Assembly: GCA_016186645.1 (NCBI GenBank)
Contig: JACPLF010000003.1
Span: 4,112 to 68,111 of the forward strand
DNA from: Candidatus Levyibacteriota bacterium
GTDB taxonomy: Bacteria; Patescibacteriota; Microgenomatia; Levybacterales; UBA12049
Direction of reading: 5' to 3'
Length of the DNA: 64,000 nucleotides
The notes under the pieces were generated by a model that saw only the letters and a list, made by a program, of their open reading frames with translations, ran no database searches and was not told the origin of the DNA. A program made the position numbers and the translations under genes. Positions 8,275 to 18,155 of this stretch are shown in pieces (the first letter of the stretch is position 1; the number at the start of each line of letters is the position of its first letter).

Positions 8275-9591
8275 ATGAAGGCATTGGAAGACATTGATTC
8301 GCAGATTTTTGCACTTATAAAACAGGAAGAAAAACGCACGGCATCCACTTTGGAGATGATTCCTTCCAATAATTATCCAAGTAAAGCAGTTCTTGAGGCG
8401 CTTGGTTCAATATTAAACTACAAATATTCCGAGGGCTATCCGAAAAAACGTTATTATCAAGGGCAAAGAATTGCTGATCAAGTAGAGATTTTGGCTCAAG
8501 AGCGGGCAAAAAAACTTTTTGGTGTACCCCATGCAAATGTACAGCCATATTCAGGAAGTCCTGCAAATACAGCAGTATATTTTGCGCTTTTAGAACCTTT
8601 TAAGGACAAAATTATGGGTTTATCCCTGGCATATGGCGGACACTTAACTCACGGATCTCCTGTTAGTTTTTCCGGAAAATACTTTAAAGTTGTTCCTTAT
8701 CAATTGGGGAAGGATGGACGTTTTGATTATGAAGAGATAGAAAAATTGGCAATTGCGGAGAAACCAAAAATCATTGTTTGCGGGGCAACTGCATACCCAA
8801 GAATTATTGATTTTAAAAGATTTGGGCAAATCGCAGACAAAGTTGGGGCGTATTTGCTCGCGGATATTTCTCACATTGCAGGTTTAATTATTGCTGGAGT
8901 TCACCCATCGCCAGTTGATCACGCCCATATTATCATGACTACAACACACAAAACATTGCGAGGCCCGCGGGGGGCGATGATTATGGTTACAGAAAAAGGA
9001 CTTAAAAAAGACCCGGAATTGGGGAATAAAATTGATAAGGCGGTTTTTCCAGGTTTGCAGGGAGGACCTCATGACAATCAAACAGCGGCAATCGCAGTTG
9101 CCCTTCGGCTGGCTTCGGGTAAACAGTTTAAAGTTTACATTGAGCACGTAGTGCGAAATGCAAAAGTGCTGGCTCAAGAGCTTGTTAAATTCAATTTTAA
9201 ATTAGTAAGCGGTGGAACAGACAATCACTTATTGTTAATTGATTTGTCCAACAAAAAAGTAAATGGCGCAGTTGCGGCTTTGGCTTTGGAAGTTGCGGGC
9301 ATTGTAATTAATAAAAACGCAGTGCCGGGTGACTTAATGCCTCCTTTTTATCCTTCCGGAATTAGATTAGGAACGCCCGCAATCACAACTCGCGGCATGA
9401 AAGAGCGGGAAATGGTAAAAATTGCAAATTGGATAAATGAGACGATTAATGAAGTTTCAAATCGGGTTTTGCCTGCGAATAAAGAACAACGAAAGGAATT
9501 TTTCAAAAATTTCCGTGAAGAAGTTTTCAAAAACAAAAAACTATTACAAATCGCCAAAGAAGTGAGGGAGCTTTGCTCAAAGTTTCCTTAA
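8275..9591 (+). CDS. glyA: Serine hydroxymethyltransferase
   Basis: Motifs KYSEGYP, GGHLTHG, TTTHKTLRGPRG and SGIRLGT. Confidence 0.97.
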   Translation: MKALEDIDSQIFALIKQEEKRTASTLEMIPSNNYPSKAVLEALGSILNYKYSEGYPKKRYYQGQRIADQVEILAQERAKKLFGVPHANVQPYSGSPANTAVYFALLEPFKDKIMGLSLAYGGHLTHGSPVSFSGKYFKVVPYQLGKDGRFDYEEIEKLAIAEKPKIIVCGATAYPRIIDFKRFGQIADKVGAYLLADISHIAGLIIAGVHPSPVDHAHIIMTTTHKTLRGPRGAMIMVTEKGLKKDPELGNKIDKAVFPGLQGGPHDNQTAAIAVALRLASGKQFKVYIEHVVRNAKVLAQELVKFNFKLVSGGTDNHLLLIDLSNKKVNGAVAALALEVAGIVINKNAVPGDLMPPFYPSGIRLGTPAITTRGMKEREMVKIANWINETINEVSNRVLPANKEQRKEFFKNFREEVFKNKKLLQIAKEVRELCSKFP

Positions 9592-9659
9592 GACTTTTAA
9601 TCCGGGCATTTAATCACCAATTTTTAGAATTCAAACTGCTCTCAAAAACAAATTTAGAC

Positions 9660-9697
9660 ATCTGATTATTTACAGCGATCGCATAAAAAAATCAGAT
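9660..9697. repeat. GCGATCGC-core dyad
   Basis: ATCTGATT-N7-GCGATCGC-N7-AATCAGAT. Confidence 0.85.
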
Positions 9698-9710
9698 AAC
9701 TAAATGTAAA

Positions 9711-9871
9711 TTTACCCCGTTACCCAATGTCCCATCCGTTAGGATGCGGGTTTCTAGTGGCGTGAAGCGAAAATTCAATAATGCCCGGACCCGCTTCGCC
9801 CAAGCTCCCGCCTAGACTCGGCGAGGCTGGTCAGCGAGGCGAGCCGTAAGGTCGTGGGTAACGGGGTTTAC
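9711..9871. mobile_element. MITE with CCCGTTA/TAACGGG termini and 5-bp TTTAC direct repeat
   Basis: 13-bp inverted repeat ACCCCGTTACCCA/TGGGTAACGGGGT. TTTAC at 9711-9715 and 9867-9871. Carries a nested 54-bp element. Confidence 0.75.
9791..9844 (+). repeat. 54-bp nested palindromic element
   Basis: 52/54 identical to 25873-25926 in dnaX. Confidence 0.9.
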
Positions 9872-9995
9872 TGAATTCCTGTTATTGTAAGACTGAGGTG
9901 TCAAGCTAACACACCCCAGGGGTGTACGAGGGGAGTGTTCTGTCAGGAAAAAGTCGAGTTGAAAATGAAATCATCTTATGCTATAATCCGATAGT

Positions 9996-11522
9996 ATGAT
10001 AGGCACAAAGGAAGCAGTTTCTCGTACATTTCCAGAAACTCTAAGTGGAGAGCAAAACAGCTTCGTAGGTTTTATTGACCAAAATAGAGATCTTTTTGAG
10101 AGACATACTTCTTCGACTTATGAGTTAAGAGATGAACGAGATGGCTGGAGAAATTCTCCCACGATAAGTGAAGTGGCGCATAAGCACGCAGTTCTGTCAC
10201 TGCCTCTTAGGGGGGGGCATAATGCGTCTCCTCCAAACACCAGAGAATGGAAGCGGCATGAAGAGAGGATAAGAGATGCTATCGATAGGGAAATCTTTAG
10301 CAGCCCTGATGGAAAAAATACTTTGCCTGCAAAGCGACCGCCTCTTGATTCAATTTGGGCGAAAACAACTCCTTTACAAAGAGCTGAAATACAAGAATTA
10401 ATGGGCAGGACTGAAGAATTTCAAGCAGACTTCCTTGCGGCAATAGCGCCTTTAGCCGCAGAAGTTGAACAATTAAAAGAGGAATTATTTTCCAATTTCA
10501 AAAATTATCTGTTTTCAGATCCTGACGGCATTTTCGCCGTTAGAGATTTCCTAACAGATAAAAAATTCGCGTCTCAGAGAGAAACCATAAGACCTTTTCT
10601 TGCCAGTTTTGTTCAGAGTGAAGATAAGTTAGCAAAAGACGGCAAGAGAGGAATATTGGGCGAGACAGTTAAAAAGTGGGCAGATGAAATTTCGAAAAGA
10701 GTAACTCCAGTTCTTGTTGACGAATTTGTTGAGTCTATTAGAAATCCTAATGTTCTTGAATGGCTGGAATTTGCAGCAAATATGCCTATAAGCGTTCTGG
10801 GTACAACTGAGGAAAGGGATAAAGATTTGATAAGAGATAGCATTGTCAGTTTTCTTAAGAGCCGTCCGGATGTTTCTTTTTGGCCGCCAGAACTCAAAAA
10901 AGCATTATCCTCTTTTGCTTCATCTAAATATGCTACCGCGCGTTCTTCTGTAGAAAAGGGGTTAGAAGGGTTTAGAAGACCGTTGAGTTCAAAACCGGCA
11001 CCGCAGATCCATCTGGAACCAGAAAAGAAAATAGAAGGGGCGCCTGTTCAGGAAGATGCCAAAAAAGAACCAGATGATAAAAAAGGTGCATCAGAAAAGG
11101 CTGAAAAAAGAAAATATCCGATTGGGATATTGACAAAAGAAAGCGGATCGTCGCATGGGTTTGACATTAGGGTTTTAACAGAAGAGGAACTGAAAGATTT
11201 TTTACGAGAAAAGGCTGATTCTTTTGCTTCTTCGGATTTAAAAATGGCGGGAGATTTTAGAACTATAGTTGCCAGTCTGCGAGAGGATCCTTATGGGTTT
11301 GGCACAAAAAAACTCAACAACATGTCTGTTGGAATTGGTAAAACAAAAAGTTCTCCCATTCGAAGCATGGATCCTGGAAAAAGAATCGGCCTTCATCTTG
11401 AACATCCGGAATCGCAGAAAATTAGAATTGCTTATGTTATTTATGGAAGCGGAGACGATAAAGTAATTGTTATTGAAGGAATTTATAGTCATGATGATTA
11501 TGACAGTAAATTTGGAGCATAG
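9996..11522 (+). CDS. Hypothetical protein with a C-terminal RelE/HigB-like domain
   Basis: 508-aa ORF ending RIAYVI...IVIEGIYSHDDYD. Promoter TTGAAA-N17-TATAAT-N8-ATG. Confidence 0.6.
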   Translation: MIGTKEAVSRTFPETLSGEQNSFVGFIDQNRDLFERHTSSTYELRDERDGWRNSPTISEVAHKHAVLSLPLRGGHNASPPNTREWKRHEERIRDAIDREIFSSPDGKNTLPAKRPPLDSIWAKTTPLQRAEIQELMGRTEEFQADFLAAIAPLAAEVEQLKEELFSNFKNYLFSDPDGIFAVRDFLTDKKFASQRETIRPFLASFVQSEDKLAKDGKRGILGETVKKWADEISKRVTPVLVDEFVESIRNPNVLEWLEFAANMPISVLGTTEERDKDLIRDSIVSFLKSRPDVSFWPPELKKALSSFASSKYATARSSVEKGLEGFRRPLSSKPAPQIHLEPEKKIEGAPVQEDAKKEPDDKKGASEKAEKRKYPIGILTKESGSSHGFDIRVLTEEELKDFLREKADSFASSDLKMAGDFRTIVASLREDPYGFGTKKLNNMSVGIGKTKSSPIRSMDPGKRIGLHLEHPESQKIRIAYVIYGSGDDKVIVIEGIYSHDDYDSKFGA

Positions 11523-11609
11523 GACTCCGGATAGACTTTTAGGACTTCTTCCGCCAACTGGCGGATTTGACTTTCTCGGCTTTAATTGTTATTCTCCGAT
11601 TATAAATTT

Positions 11610-11960
11610 ATGTCAAAAATAGAACGCTTAAGAGAAGAAATAGCTGGCTCAGGCCTATTAAACCATCATACATTAGACGTTATCGGAGTAAAACATAGAC
11701 GTTTTTATGGCGACGAAGAAAGTAAGGGCCATAGAGCAGAACAGCGAAGAGCCCAATTTGCGCAAGGATTCCCAGGGATGCAATTTAATCGTGCATTAGG
11801 AAAAATGCTTGATGGAACCGCAACTCAAGAGGATGTAGAATACGTTTTTAGTAACGTTCATCGATATGAACAAGTGATTGAAAGATGTAAAACGGAAAAA
11901 CGGTCAGTTACAATTACAATTGTTGATTTTACTCCACCCAATTCTGAAAATTTATCCTGA
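11610..11960 (+). CDS. Hypothetical protein
   Basis: Intergenic ORF with likely start at ATG 11610. Confidence 0.55.
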   Translation: MSKIERLREEIAGSGLLNHHTLDVIGVKHRRFYGDEESKGHRAEQRRAQFAQGFPGMQFNRALGKMLDGTATQEDVEYVFSNVHRYEQVIERCKTEKRSVTITIVDFTPPNSENLS

Positions 11961-12014
11961 CACACTATGTATATTTGTATTATTCTTGGCAATCTATTAT
12001 AATGCTTATATTCT

Positions 12015-12154
12015 AACACTCTGATTTTTATCCCTGTCCCGACGAATCGGGAAATAATCAGAGGAGGATAACCCGCCTAAGCTTGCTTTGCAGCTTTTCA
12101 GTATTATTCATACACGCTGCAAAGAGCGCTTTAGCGGCGGGTAAAGGGAGAAAT
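12015..12154 (+). promoter_or_regulatory. rpsB (uS2) leader RNA-like region containing inserted palindromes
   Basis: AACAC-[TCTGATT...AATCAGA]-GGAGG-ATAACCC resembles uS2 autoregulatory leaders. Contains TCCCGA-CGAA-TCGGGA and a CCGCCTAAG element. Confidence 0.5.
12072..12141 (+). repeat. CCGCCTAAG...TTTAGCGGCGG hairpin element, copy 1
   Basis: Same ends as 23544-23604 and 23767-23910. Confidence 0.85.
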
Positions 12155-12973
12155 ATGAGAGAAATTACACTGGAAGAATTATTGGAGGCAGGCTGTCATT
12201 TTGGCCACCAGGTCACAAGAAGCAATCCCAAGGCTCGTGATTTTATATTTGAAGCCCGCGATAATATCCACATTATTGATTTAGCCAAAACAAAAGAAGG
12301 GCTCGTTGAGGCCGCCGCTTTTGTCAAAGATTTAGCATCCAAAAATGGAACTTTGGTAGTTGTCGGAACAAAAAGACAGGCAAAAGCGATTGTGGAAGAA
12401 GCCCTACGCCTTGCTCAGGATAAAGGAGCAGGGGAAGGACTTTATTATATAACTAACCGTTGGGTTGGAGGACTTTTGACAAATTTCTCCGAGGTTTCCA
12501 AAAACTTTAAAAAATATGCAGATTTCGTAACTGATTTGCAGGATGACGAAGTAAAAGCAAGATATACAAAAAAAGAAATAGGCGGGTGGGAGAAAGAAAG
12601 CCGCAAGTTGGAAAATCTTTACGGCGGAGTTGCGAAAATTACAAAAAAACCTGATGCATTATTTATTATCGACTCCCATTTGGAAGATTTGGCAGTTAGG
12701 GAAGCTTTAGCTACACATATTCCAACTGTCGGAATAGTTGATACAAATGCAGACCCGGCTGTTTTAGACTATCCAATTCCTGCCAACGACGATGCAGTCG
12801 GTTCGATAAAATTAATCGTAAGCTATATAATTGATGCGTGGATAGAAGGCCGCAAGGAAGCCGAACTAAGAATTAAGAATGAAGAATTAAAAGTTAAAAA
12901 AGAAGCTGAAAAGGCAGAAGCAAAAGCATCTAAGGTACAAGTTAAAACCGTTGCAAAAAAGAAAAAGAAATAA
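12155..12973 (+). CDS. rpsB: 30S ribosomal protein uS2
   Basis: Motifs LLEAGCHFGH, VGTK, RWVGGLLTNF, DTN and IPANDD. Confidence 0.97.
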   Translation: MREITLEELLEAGCHFGHQVTRSNPKARDFIFEARDNIHIIDLAKTKEGLVEAAAFVKDLASKNGTLVVVGTKRQAKAIVEEALRLAQDKGAGEGLYYITNRWVGGLLTNFSEVSKNFKKYADFVTDLQDDEVKARYTKKEIGGWEKESRKLENLYGGVAKITKKPDALFIIDSHLEDLAVREALATHIPTVGIVDTNADPAVLDYPIPANDDAVGSIKLIVSYIIDAWIEGRKEAELRIKNEELKVKKEAEKAEAKASKVQVKTVAKKKKK

Positions 12974-13002
12974 TTGTTAAATTGTTACATTGTTAAATTG
13001 TT

Positions 13003-13458
13003 ATGATAGGCTTGGAACTTCTAAGAAAACTTCGAAACGAGACACAGGCGGGGATTGCCGATTGCAGGAGGGCTTTGGAAGAATCGAATAATGATTATAA
13101 AAAAGCACTCGTTTGGCTTAGAGCTCACGGATTGGAAAAAGCCGCCAAAAAGAAAGACCGCCAGACCTCTCAAGGATTAGTAGAATCATACATTCATCAA
13201 AATGGACGGGTTGGAGCGTTGGTGGAAGTTTTGTGCGAGACCGATTTTGTTGCCCGAACAGACGAATTCAAACATTTTGTACACGAAATTTGCATGCAGG
13301 TCGCAGCAATGAAACCAAAAGATGTACCAGCACTTTTGAAACAGGAATACATTAGAGACGGTTCAAAAACTATTGAAAGTTTGATAAAAGAAACAATCGC
13401 AAAGTTAGGTGAAAATATAGTTGTCAAAAGACTCCAAAGATTTGGAATAGGAGAATAA
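13003..13458 (+). CDS. tsf: Elongation factor Ts (short form)
   Basis: LRNETQAGIADC and EVLCETDFVA. Follows rpsB. Confidence 0.95.
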   Translation: MIGLELLRKLRNETQAGIADCRRALEESNNDYKKALVWLRAHGLEKAAKKKDRQTSQGLVESYIHQNGRVGALVEVLCETDFVARTDEFKHFVHEICMQVAAMKPKDVPALLKQEYIRDGSKTIESLIKETIAKLGENIVVKRLQRFGIGE

Positions 13459-13483
13459 ATTTCTGCCCAAAGGGGGTGAAAAT

Positions 13484-13963
13484 ATGTCTATTAAAGAAGC
13501 ATTACAAAGGAGAGAAACGGAAAGAGTAGGGAGAATCCCGCAAACGGACCTGACCGGGGAAGCTCGTCTATTAAGAGTTGCGGCAGATCGTAGACTTCTT
13601 GACAAGGCGAAAGTTCCCGCACTATTAGATGAATTAATGGAAGTTATTAAGTCAGAGTTTCCAGATGTGGAAAAGATGACAGTCATCAGCCCAGAAGACG
13701 CGTCCCTGTCTATCGTATGGAATCGTAGAGATGAAATACTATCTGGTGCCACACCAGAGATGGTTCCAATCTGTTGGGTAAACAAGATAACGATTATGCC
13801 GGATTCACAGGCTTCTGAACTAGCTATTGAGGGGTATGAGACAGAAATATTGACAAGAAAACAATGGGGCAATCATGGGGTTTTAGAAGGTGCTATTGTT
13901 CGGGCGTACAGGAACCCATCGCATGTTGTTGATATTCCGACTACAACCATGGTCCCACATTGA
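13484..13963 (+). CDS. Hypothetical protein
   Basis: 159-aa ORF with a GGGGTG Shine-Dalgarno-like site. Lies where pyrH usually sits. Confidence 0.6.
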   Translation: MSIKEALQRRETERVGRIPQTDLTGEARLLRVAADRRLLDKAKVPALLDELMEVIKSEFPDVEKMTVISPEDASLSIVWNRRDEILSGATPEMVPICWVNKITIMPDSQASELAIEGYETEILTRKQWGNHGVLEGAIVRAYRNPSHVVDIPTTTMVPH

Positions 13964-14072
13964 AAGTAGGAGGTCGATGTACATTGAGTTCCTACATGGA
14001 AAGTGGAAGCACGAAGGCGTCAACTAGATTGATTAAATAGTCCTTTTTTACTAAATCTAGCAAATCAATTAG

Positions 14073-14098
14073 TGTTTCGTTGTCTAGACAACGAAACA
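14073..14098. repeat. Perfect 26-bp palindrome
   Basis: TGTTTCGTTGTCTAGACAACGAAACA. Confidence 0.9.
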
Positions 14099-14223
14099 AC
14101 TGTGTTTGGGTAACCCAGTGTTCAGATACGAAACAACACCGGGTGTTGACTAGGTTTGAACATCGGGATTTCTAATACCCCAATTGCTAATAATTCTTTT
14201 ATTTGTTATTCTATGTAAGAATT

Positions 14224-14784
14224 ATGGATAACACGGTTTCGGAAATGCGGAGTAAGATGCAAAAAGCATTAATGATTTTGCAAGAAGATTTCTCAACAGT
14301 TCGCACAGGACGAGCCATGCCGTCTTTGGTTGAAAACGTTATAGTTAGTGTTTACGCTGGAGCGCAAAGACTTAGAATTAAAGAGCTTACTACAATTTCT
14401 GCGTCCGATCCTCAGACTTTGGTTCTTACGCCATTTGACCCATCAATTGCTTCGGAAATACAAAAAGGAATAATGACAGCCAATATCGGGCTTACTCCAT
14501 CATCGGATGGAAATATCATCAGGATTTCGATTCCGCCTTTGTCTGAGGAGCGAAGACGCGATTTGATAAAACTCATGAAGCAAAAACTTGAAAATGGAAA
14601 AGTCGCGATTCGCCAGATTAGGCAGGACGCAAGAAATATTGTCAGAAAAAAACATAATGACAGAGAAATTTCTGAGGAGCAAATGTATAGAACAGATCAG
14701 GATATACAAAAAATAACAGATGAAATTATTCTTGCAGTTGATGAGATGGGAAGGAAGAAAGAAGCGGAACTTCTTCAGATATAA
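14224..14784 (+). CDS. frr: Ribosome recycling factor
   Basis: Motifs VRTGRA, PPLSEERR and IRQIRQDA. Confidence 0.96.
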   Translation: MDNTVSEMRSKMQKALMILQEDFSTVRTGRAMPSLVENVIVSVYAGAQRLRIKELTTISASDPQTLVLTPFDPSIASEIQKGIMTANIGLTPSSDGNIIRISIPPLSEERRRDLIKLMKQKLENGKVAIRQIRQDARNIVRKKHNDREISEEQMYRTDQDIQKITDEIILAVDEMGRKKEAELLQI

Positions 14785-14856
14785 GATTTACGAATTATGA
14801 TTTACGATTCTTAATTCTTAAATCCTAAATCTTAAATCATCTAGAGTATTCCAATT

Positions 14857-16041
14857 ATGTTAATTACAATACTCGTTTTTCTACTTATTTTAAGCATTCT
14901 CGTGTTGATCCATGAAGCCGGGCATTTTTTTGTTGCGAAAAAATTCGGAATAAAAGTTGAGGAGTTTGGCTTTGGTTTTCCGCCAAGAGTGTTTAGTTTT
15001 AAAAAAGGAGAAACCATTTATTCTATAAACTGGCTGCCAATCGGGGGATTTGTAAAATTGTATGGGGAAGATGAAGCCCCCCTTCGCTCAGATTCTCCTC
15101 GTGGTCTACGTCCACGCAGTCGAAACTTCGCTTCGGAGGGGCAAGCATTTTTTGCGAAGAGCGCTTGGCAGAGAGCGACAGTAATTATTGCAGGAGTTGT
15201 AATGAATGCTGTTTTGGCTGCTGTTATTTTCTACATCTTTCTTGGCGTTTCAGGATTCAAAACAGAATTACCCCTTCTTTCTGATTATAAATTCGTAGGG
15301 GTAAATCAGACAAATCTACAGCAGGTAGTAATTTCAGCCATTGCTAAAAACTCACCCGCGGAAAAACAAGGGTTAAAGCCTCTCACTAAAGTTATTTCTG
15401 TAAATGGGCAAGAAATTAAAGATTCAAAAGAATTTATAAGTATTGTTGGTTTGAACAGAGGCAAAGAAATTGAGATTGCGTGGAGCAATTTGCAAACTAA
15501 CGAAACTCATAAGACCAAAGTGACTCCTCGAATAAATCCTCCGAAAAATGAAGGGGCATTGGGTGTCGGACTGTTTTCGCTTTCCACTGCGGTTTTGAAT
15601 TATGAAACTCCAATTCAAAAAACTTTTTCAGGCATAATTCACCCTATAAATTTAATGTCCTACAACCTAAACGTAATGGGGAATTTGGTAAAGTCATCTT
15701 TTGAAAAAAAGACCACAGAGCCAATCAGTCAGGGTATATCCGGACCTGTTGGAATCGCTTCTCTAACCGGAAGTATTTTGGAAATACAAAATTTAAAAGA
15801 AAAATTATTAGGCCTTCTTAACCTGGCAGGCATTTTGTCTATTTCTTTGGCATTTTTCAATGTGTTGCCGATACCGGCCCTTGATGGAGGAAGATTGTTT
15901 TTTATTTTGATTGAAGCTGTAATAGGAAGGAAAGTGAATCAGAGAATCGAATCTTTTACTCATTCAGTCGGAATGGCTCTTCTTCTTGGCCTAATGCTTC
16001 TTATTACGTTTAAAGATATAGGAAAACTATTTATCAAATGA
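14857..16041 (+). CDS. rseP: RIP metalloprotease RseP (M50 with PDZ domain)
   Basis: HEAGH, PIGGFVK, a PDZ domain and NVLPIPALDGG. Confidence 0.92.
   Translation: MLITILVFLLILSILVLIHEAGHFFVAKKFGIKVEEFGFGFPPRVFSFKKGETIYSINWLPIGGFVKLYGEDEAPLRSDSPRGLRPRSRNFASEGQAFFAKSAWQRATVIIAGVVMNAVLAAVIFYIFLGVSGFKTELPLLSDYKFVGVNQTNLQQVVISAIAKNSPAEKQGLKPLTKVISVNGQEIKDSKEFISIVGLNRGKEIEIAWSNLQTNETHKTKVTPRINPPKNEGALGVGLFSLSTAVLNYETPIQKTFSGIIHPINLMSYNLNVMGNLVKSSFEKKTTEPISQGISGPVGIASLTGSILEIQNLKEKLLGLLNLAGILSISLAFFNVLPIPALDGGRLFFILIEAVIGRKVNQRIESFTHSVGMALLLGLMLLITFKDIGKLFIK
15076..15142. repeat. Nested palindromic in-frame insertion in rseP
   Basis: GCCCCCCTTCG...CTTCGGAGGGGC with an inner CGTGG/CCACG stem. Encodes APLRSDSPRGLRPRSRNFASEG. 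Confidence 0.75.
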
Positions 16042-16709
16042 AAAAGGTTACCATAATTACAGTAGAAAATCAGCAAGAAGGCTTGGCTGCTGCAAAGTAT
16101 TTGCTATACAAAAAAGTTGACGATCAAACACTGCTTCTTCTCTCGGGGGGATCAACCCCAAAAGATTTGTACGAAACTATAGCGCAGGAAAAAAAGTTAA
16201 CGGCTAAAGCAGTTGGAATGGTTGATGAGAGGAAAGATAGAAGCAATTATAAAATGATAATGTCAACAGGATTATTGGATTATCTTAAGAATCTGAAAAT
16301 AAAATTTTACCCAATGATTTCTGCATCGTATTACGATAGGGACATACATAAACTTATAGGTTCATCTAAAAATAAAGCAGCTGTTATGGGTATTGGAGCA
16401 GATGGACACACAGCCGGCTTGCCAGCCGGAACTCAAATCTCAAATCTTAAATCTCAAAACTACGTAATAGATATAAATAATTTTCCTGGGGAGTTTAGAA
16501 AAAGAGTTACATTAACATTTAGAGCTCTTTTGAAAATGGATTTACTAATTGTCCTAGCTTTTGGCGAAAACAAAAAAGAGGCTTTGGAAAAAATGTTTGA
16601 CCCTTCGGCGGACTCAGGGCAAGAAGCGATTGAAGAAATTCCTGCAAGATTTTATCTTCGTCCCGATATTGCTCCTAAAACCCTTTTAATTACTGATCAG
16701 AAGATATAG
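16038..16709 (+). CDS. pgl: 6-phosphogluconolactonase
   Basis: Motifs LSGGSTP, VDER, MGIGADGHTA and RVTLT. Upstream of zwf. Confidence 0.85.
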   Translation: MKKVTIITVENQQEGLAAAKYLLYKKVDDQTLLLLSGGSTPKDLYETIAQEKKLTAKAVGMVDERKDRSNYKMIMSTGLLDYLKNLKIKFYPMISASYYDRDIHKLIGSSKNKAAVMGIGADGHTAGLPAGTQISNLKSQNYVIDINNFPGEFRKRVTLTFRALLKMDLLIVLAFGENKKEALEKMFDPSADSGQEAIEEIPARFYLRPDIAPKTLLITDQKI

Positions 16710-16718
16710 AATAATATT

Positions 16719-18146
16719 ATGAATTCTCCTTTTGTAATGATAATCTTCGGCGCGACAGGAGATTTGATGCAAAACAAGCTTCTTCCGGCGCTTTTTTCTC
16801 TTTTTTCTCAAAAAAAACTACCAGAAGAATTTCACATAATCGGTTTTTCAAGAAGAGAATTATCGGATAATGAATTCACTAATTTATTTATAGGCCTATC
16901 TTCAAAAGAGGGCTGGGGAGATTTTGCAAAGCACTTACAATATCAACGAGGCTCATTTGAGGATGTGAATGGCTACAGCGAGCTTATAGAAAAATTAAAC
17001 ACATTTGATAAAAAACTTGGTGCATGCATCACTCGCTTTTTCTATCTTGCCACACCTCCACAGCATTATGAATCAATATTAAATTTTCTACAAAAGACTA
17101 AGCTTTCCGAGGGATGCGGGCAAAGAAGCAGTAAGTGGACAAGAATAATTGTTGAAAAACCTTTTGGAAAAGATTTGGAAACTGCAATTGCATTGGATAA
17201 AAAACTATCGGAAATTTTTGAAGAAAAACAGATTTTTAGAGTCGATCATTATTTGGGAAAAGAAACAGTCCAAAATATTCTGGCATTTCGTTTTGCAAAT
17301 GGAATTTTTGATCCGGTCTGGAACAAGCAATATTTGGATCATGTTCAGATAACATTTGCCGAGAAAAAAGGAATTGAAGGACGGGGAAATTTTTTTGACG
17401 GGGTTGGAATTCTTCGGGATGTTGGGCAAAATCATTTAATGCAGTTAGTGGCTAGCGTTGCCATGGAACAGCCAAAGAGCTTCACAAAAGAAGATCTTAG
17501 AGATGAAAGGGCAAAGGTTATAAAAGCCCTTAAGTACATAGAGGAAAAAGATGTAAATAATCAGGTTGTCCGCGGTCAGTACAAGGGTTATTTGTCGGAA
17601 AAAAATATTCCTCCAAATTCAAATACAGAAACATTTGCTGCAATTAAATTTTTTGTAAATACACCTCGCTTTCAAAATGTTCCTTTTTATGTTAGGGCAG
17701 GAAAGAAGATGCCAAGAAATACAGTTGAAATTTCGCTTATCTTTTTACAGACATGTCACATTTTATTTAAAGAATATGGATGTCCGGAAATTGGAAACGT
17801 TCTGACTATAAAAATCCAGCCGGATGAAGGAATTTCTATAAGAATGATTGCGAAAAAGCCCGGAATAAAATTAGCTCTTGAGCCGGTAACTATGGATTTC
17901 ACTTATCAAGAAGCATTTATGACAAAAGGAGTAGAAGCTTATGAGAAAGTTTTGTTGGATATTTTTGCCGGCGATCAAATGCTATTTAACCGGTCGGACG
18001 AATTATCCAGCTCCTGGGAATTTATCACAAAAATTCTCAACGGGTGGAAGGATAATGAATCAGGAATCATGAATTATGAGCAGGGAACTTGGGGACCGCA
18101 AGAAGCAAATGCGCTTATCGAAAAAGACGGCCGCAAATGGCTATGA
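16719..18146 (+). CDS. zwf: Glucose-6-phosphate 1-dehydrogenase
   Basis: Motifs FGATGDL, EKPFG and RVDHYLGKE. Confidence 0.97.
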   Translation: MNSPFVMIIFGATGDLMQNKLLPALFSLFSQKKLPEEFHIIGFSRRELSDNEFTNLFIGLSSKEGWGDFAKHLQYQRGSFEDVNGYSELIEKLNTFDKKLGACITRFFYLATPPQHYESILNFLQKTKLSEGCGQRSSKWTRIIVEKPFGKDLETAIALDKKLSEIFEEKQIFRVDHYLGKETVQNILAFRFANGIFDPVWNKQYLDHVQITFAEKKGIEGRGNFFDGVGILRDVGQNHLMQLVASVAMEQPKSFTKEDLRDERAKVIKALKYIEEKDVNNQVVRGQYKGYLSEKNIPPNSNTETFAAIKFFVNTPRFQNVPFYVRAGKKMPRNTVEISLIFLQTCHILFKEYGCPEIGNVLTIKIQPDEGISIRMIAKKPGIKLALEPVTMDFTYQEAFMTKGVEAYEKVLLDIFAGDQMLFNRSDELSSSWEFITKILNGWKDNESGIMNYEQGTWGPQEANALIEKDGRKWL

Positions 18147-18155
18147 AATAGGATT

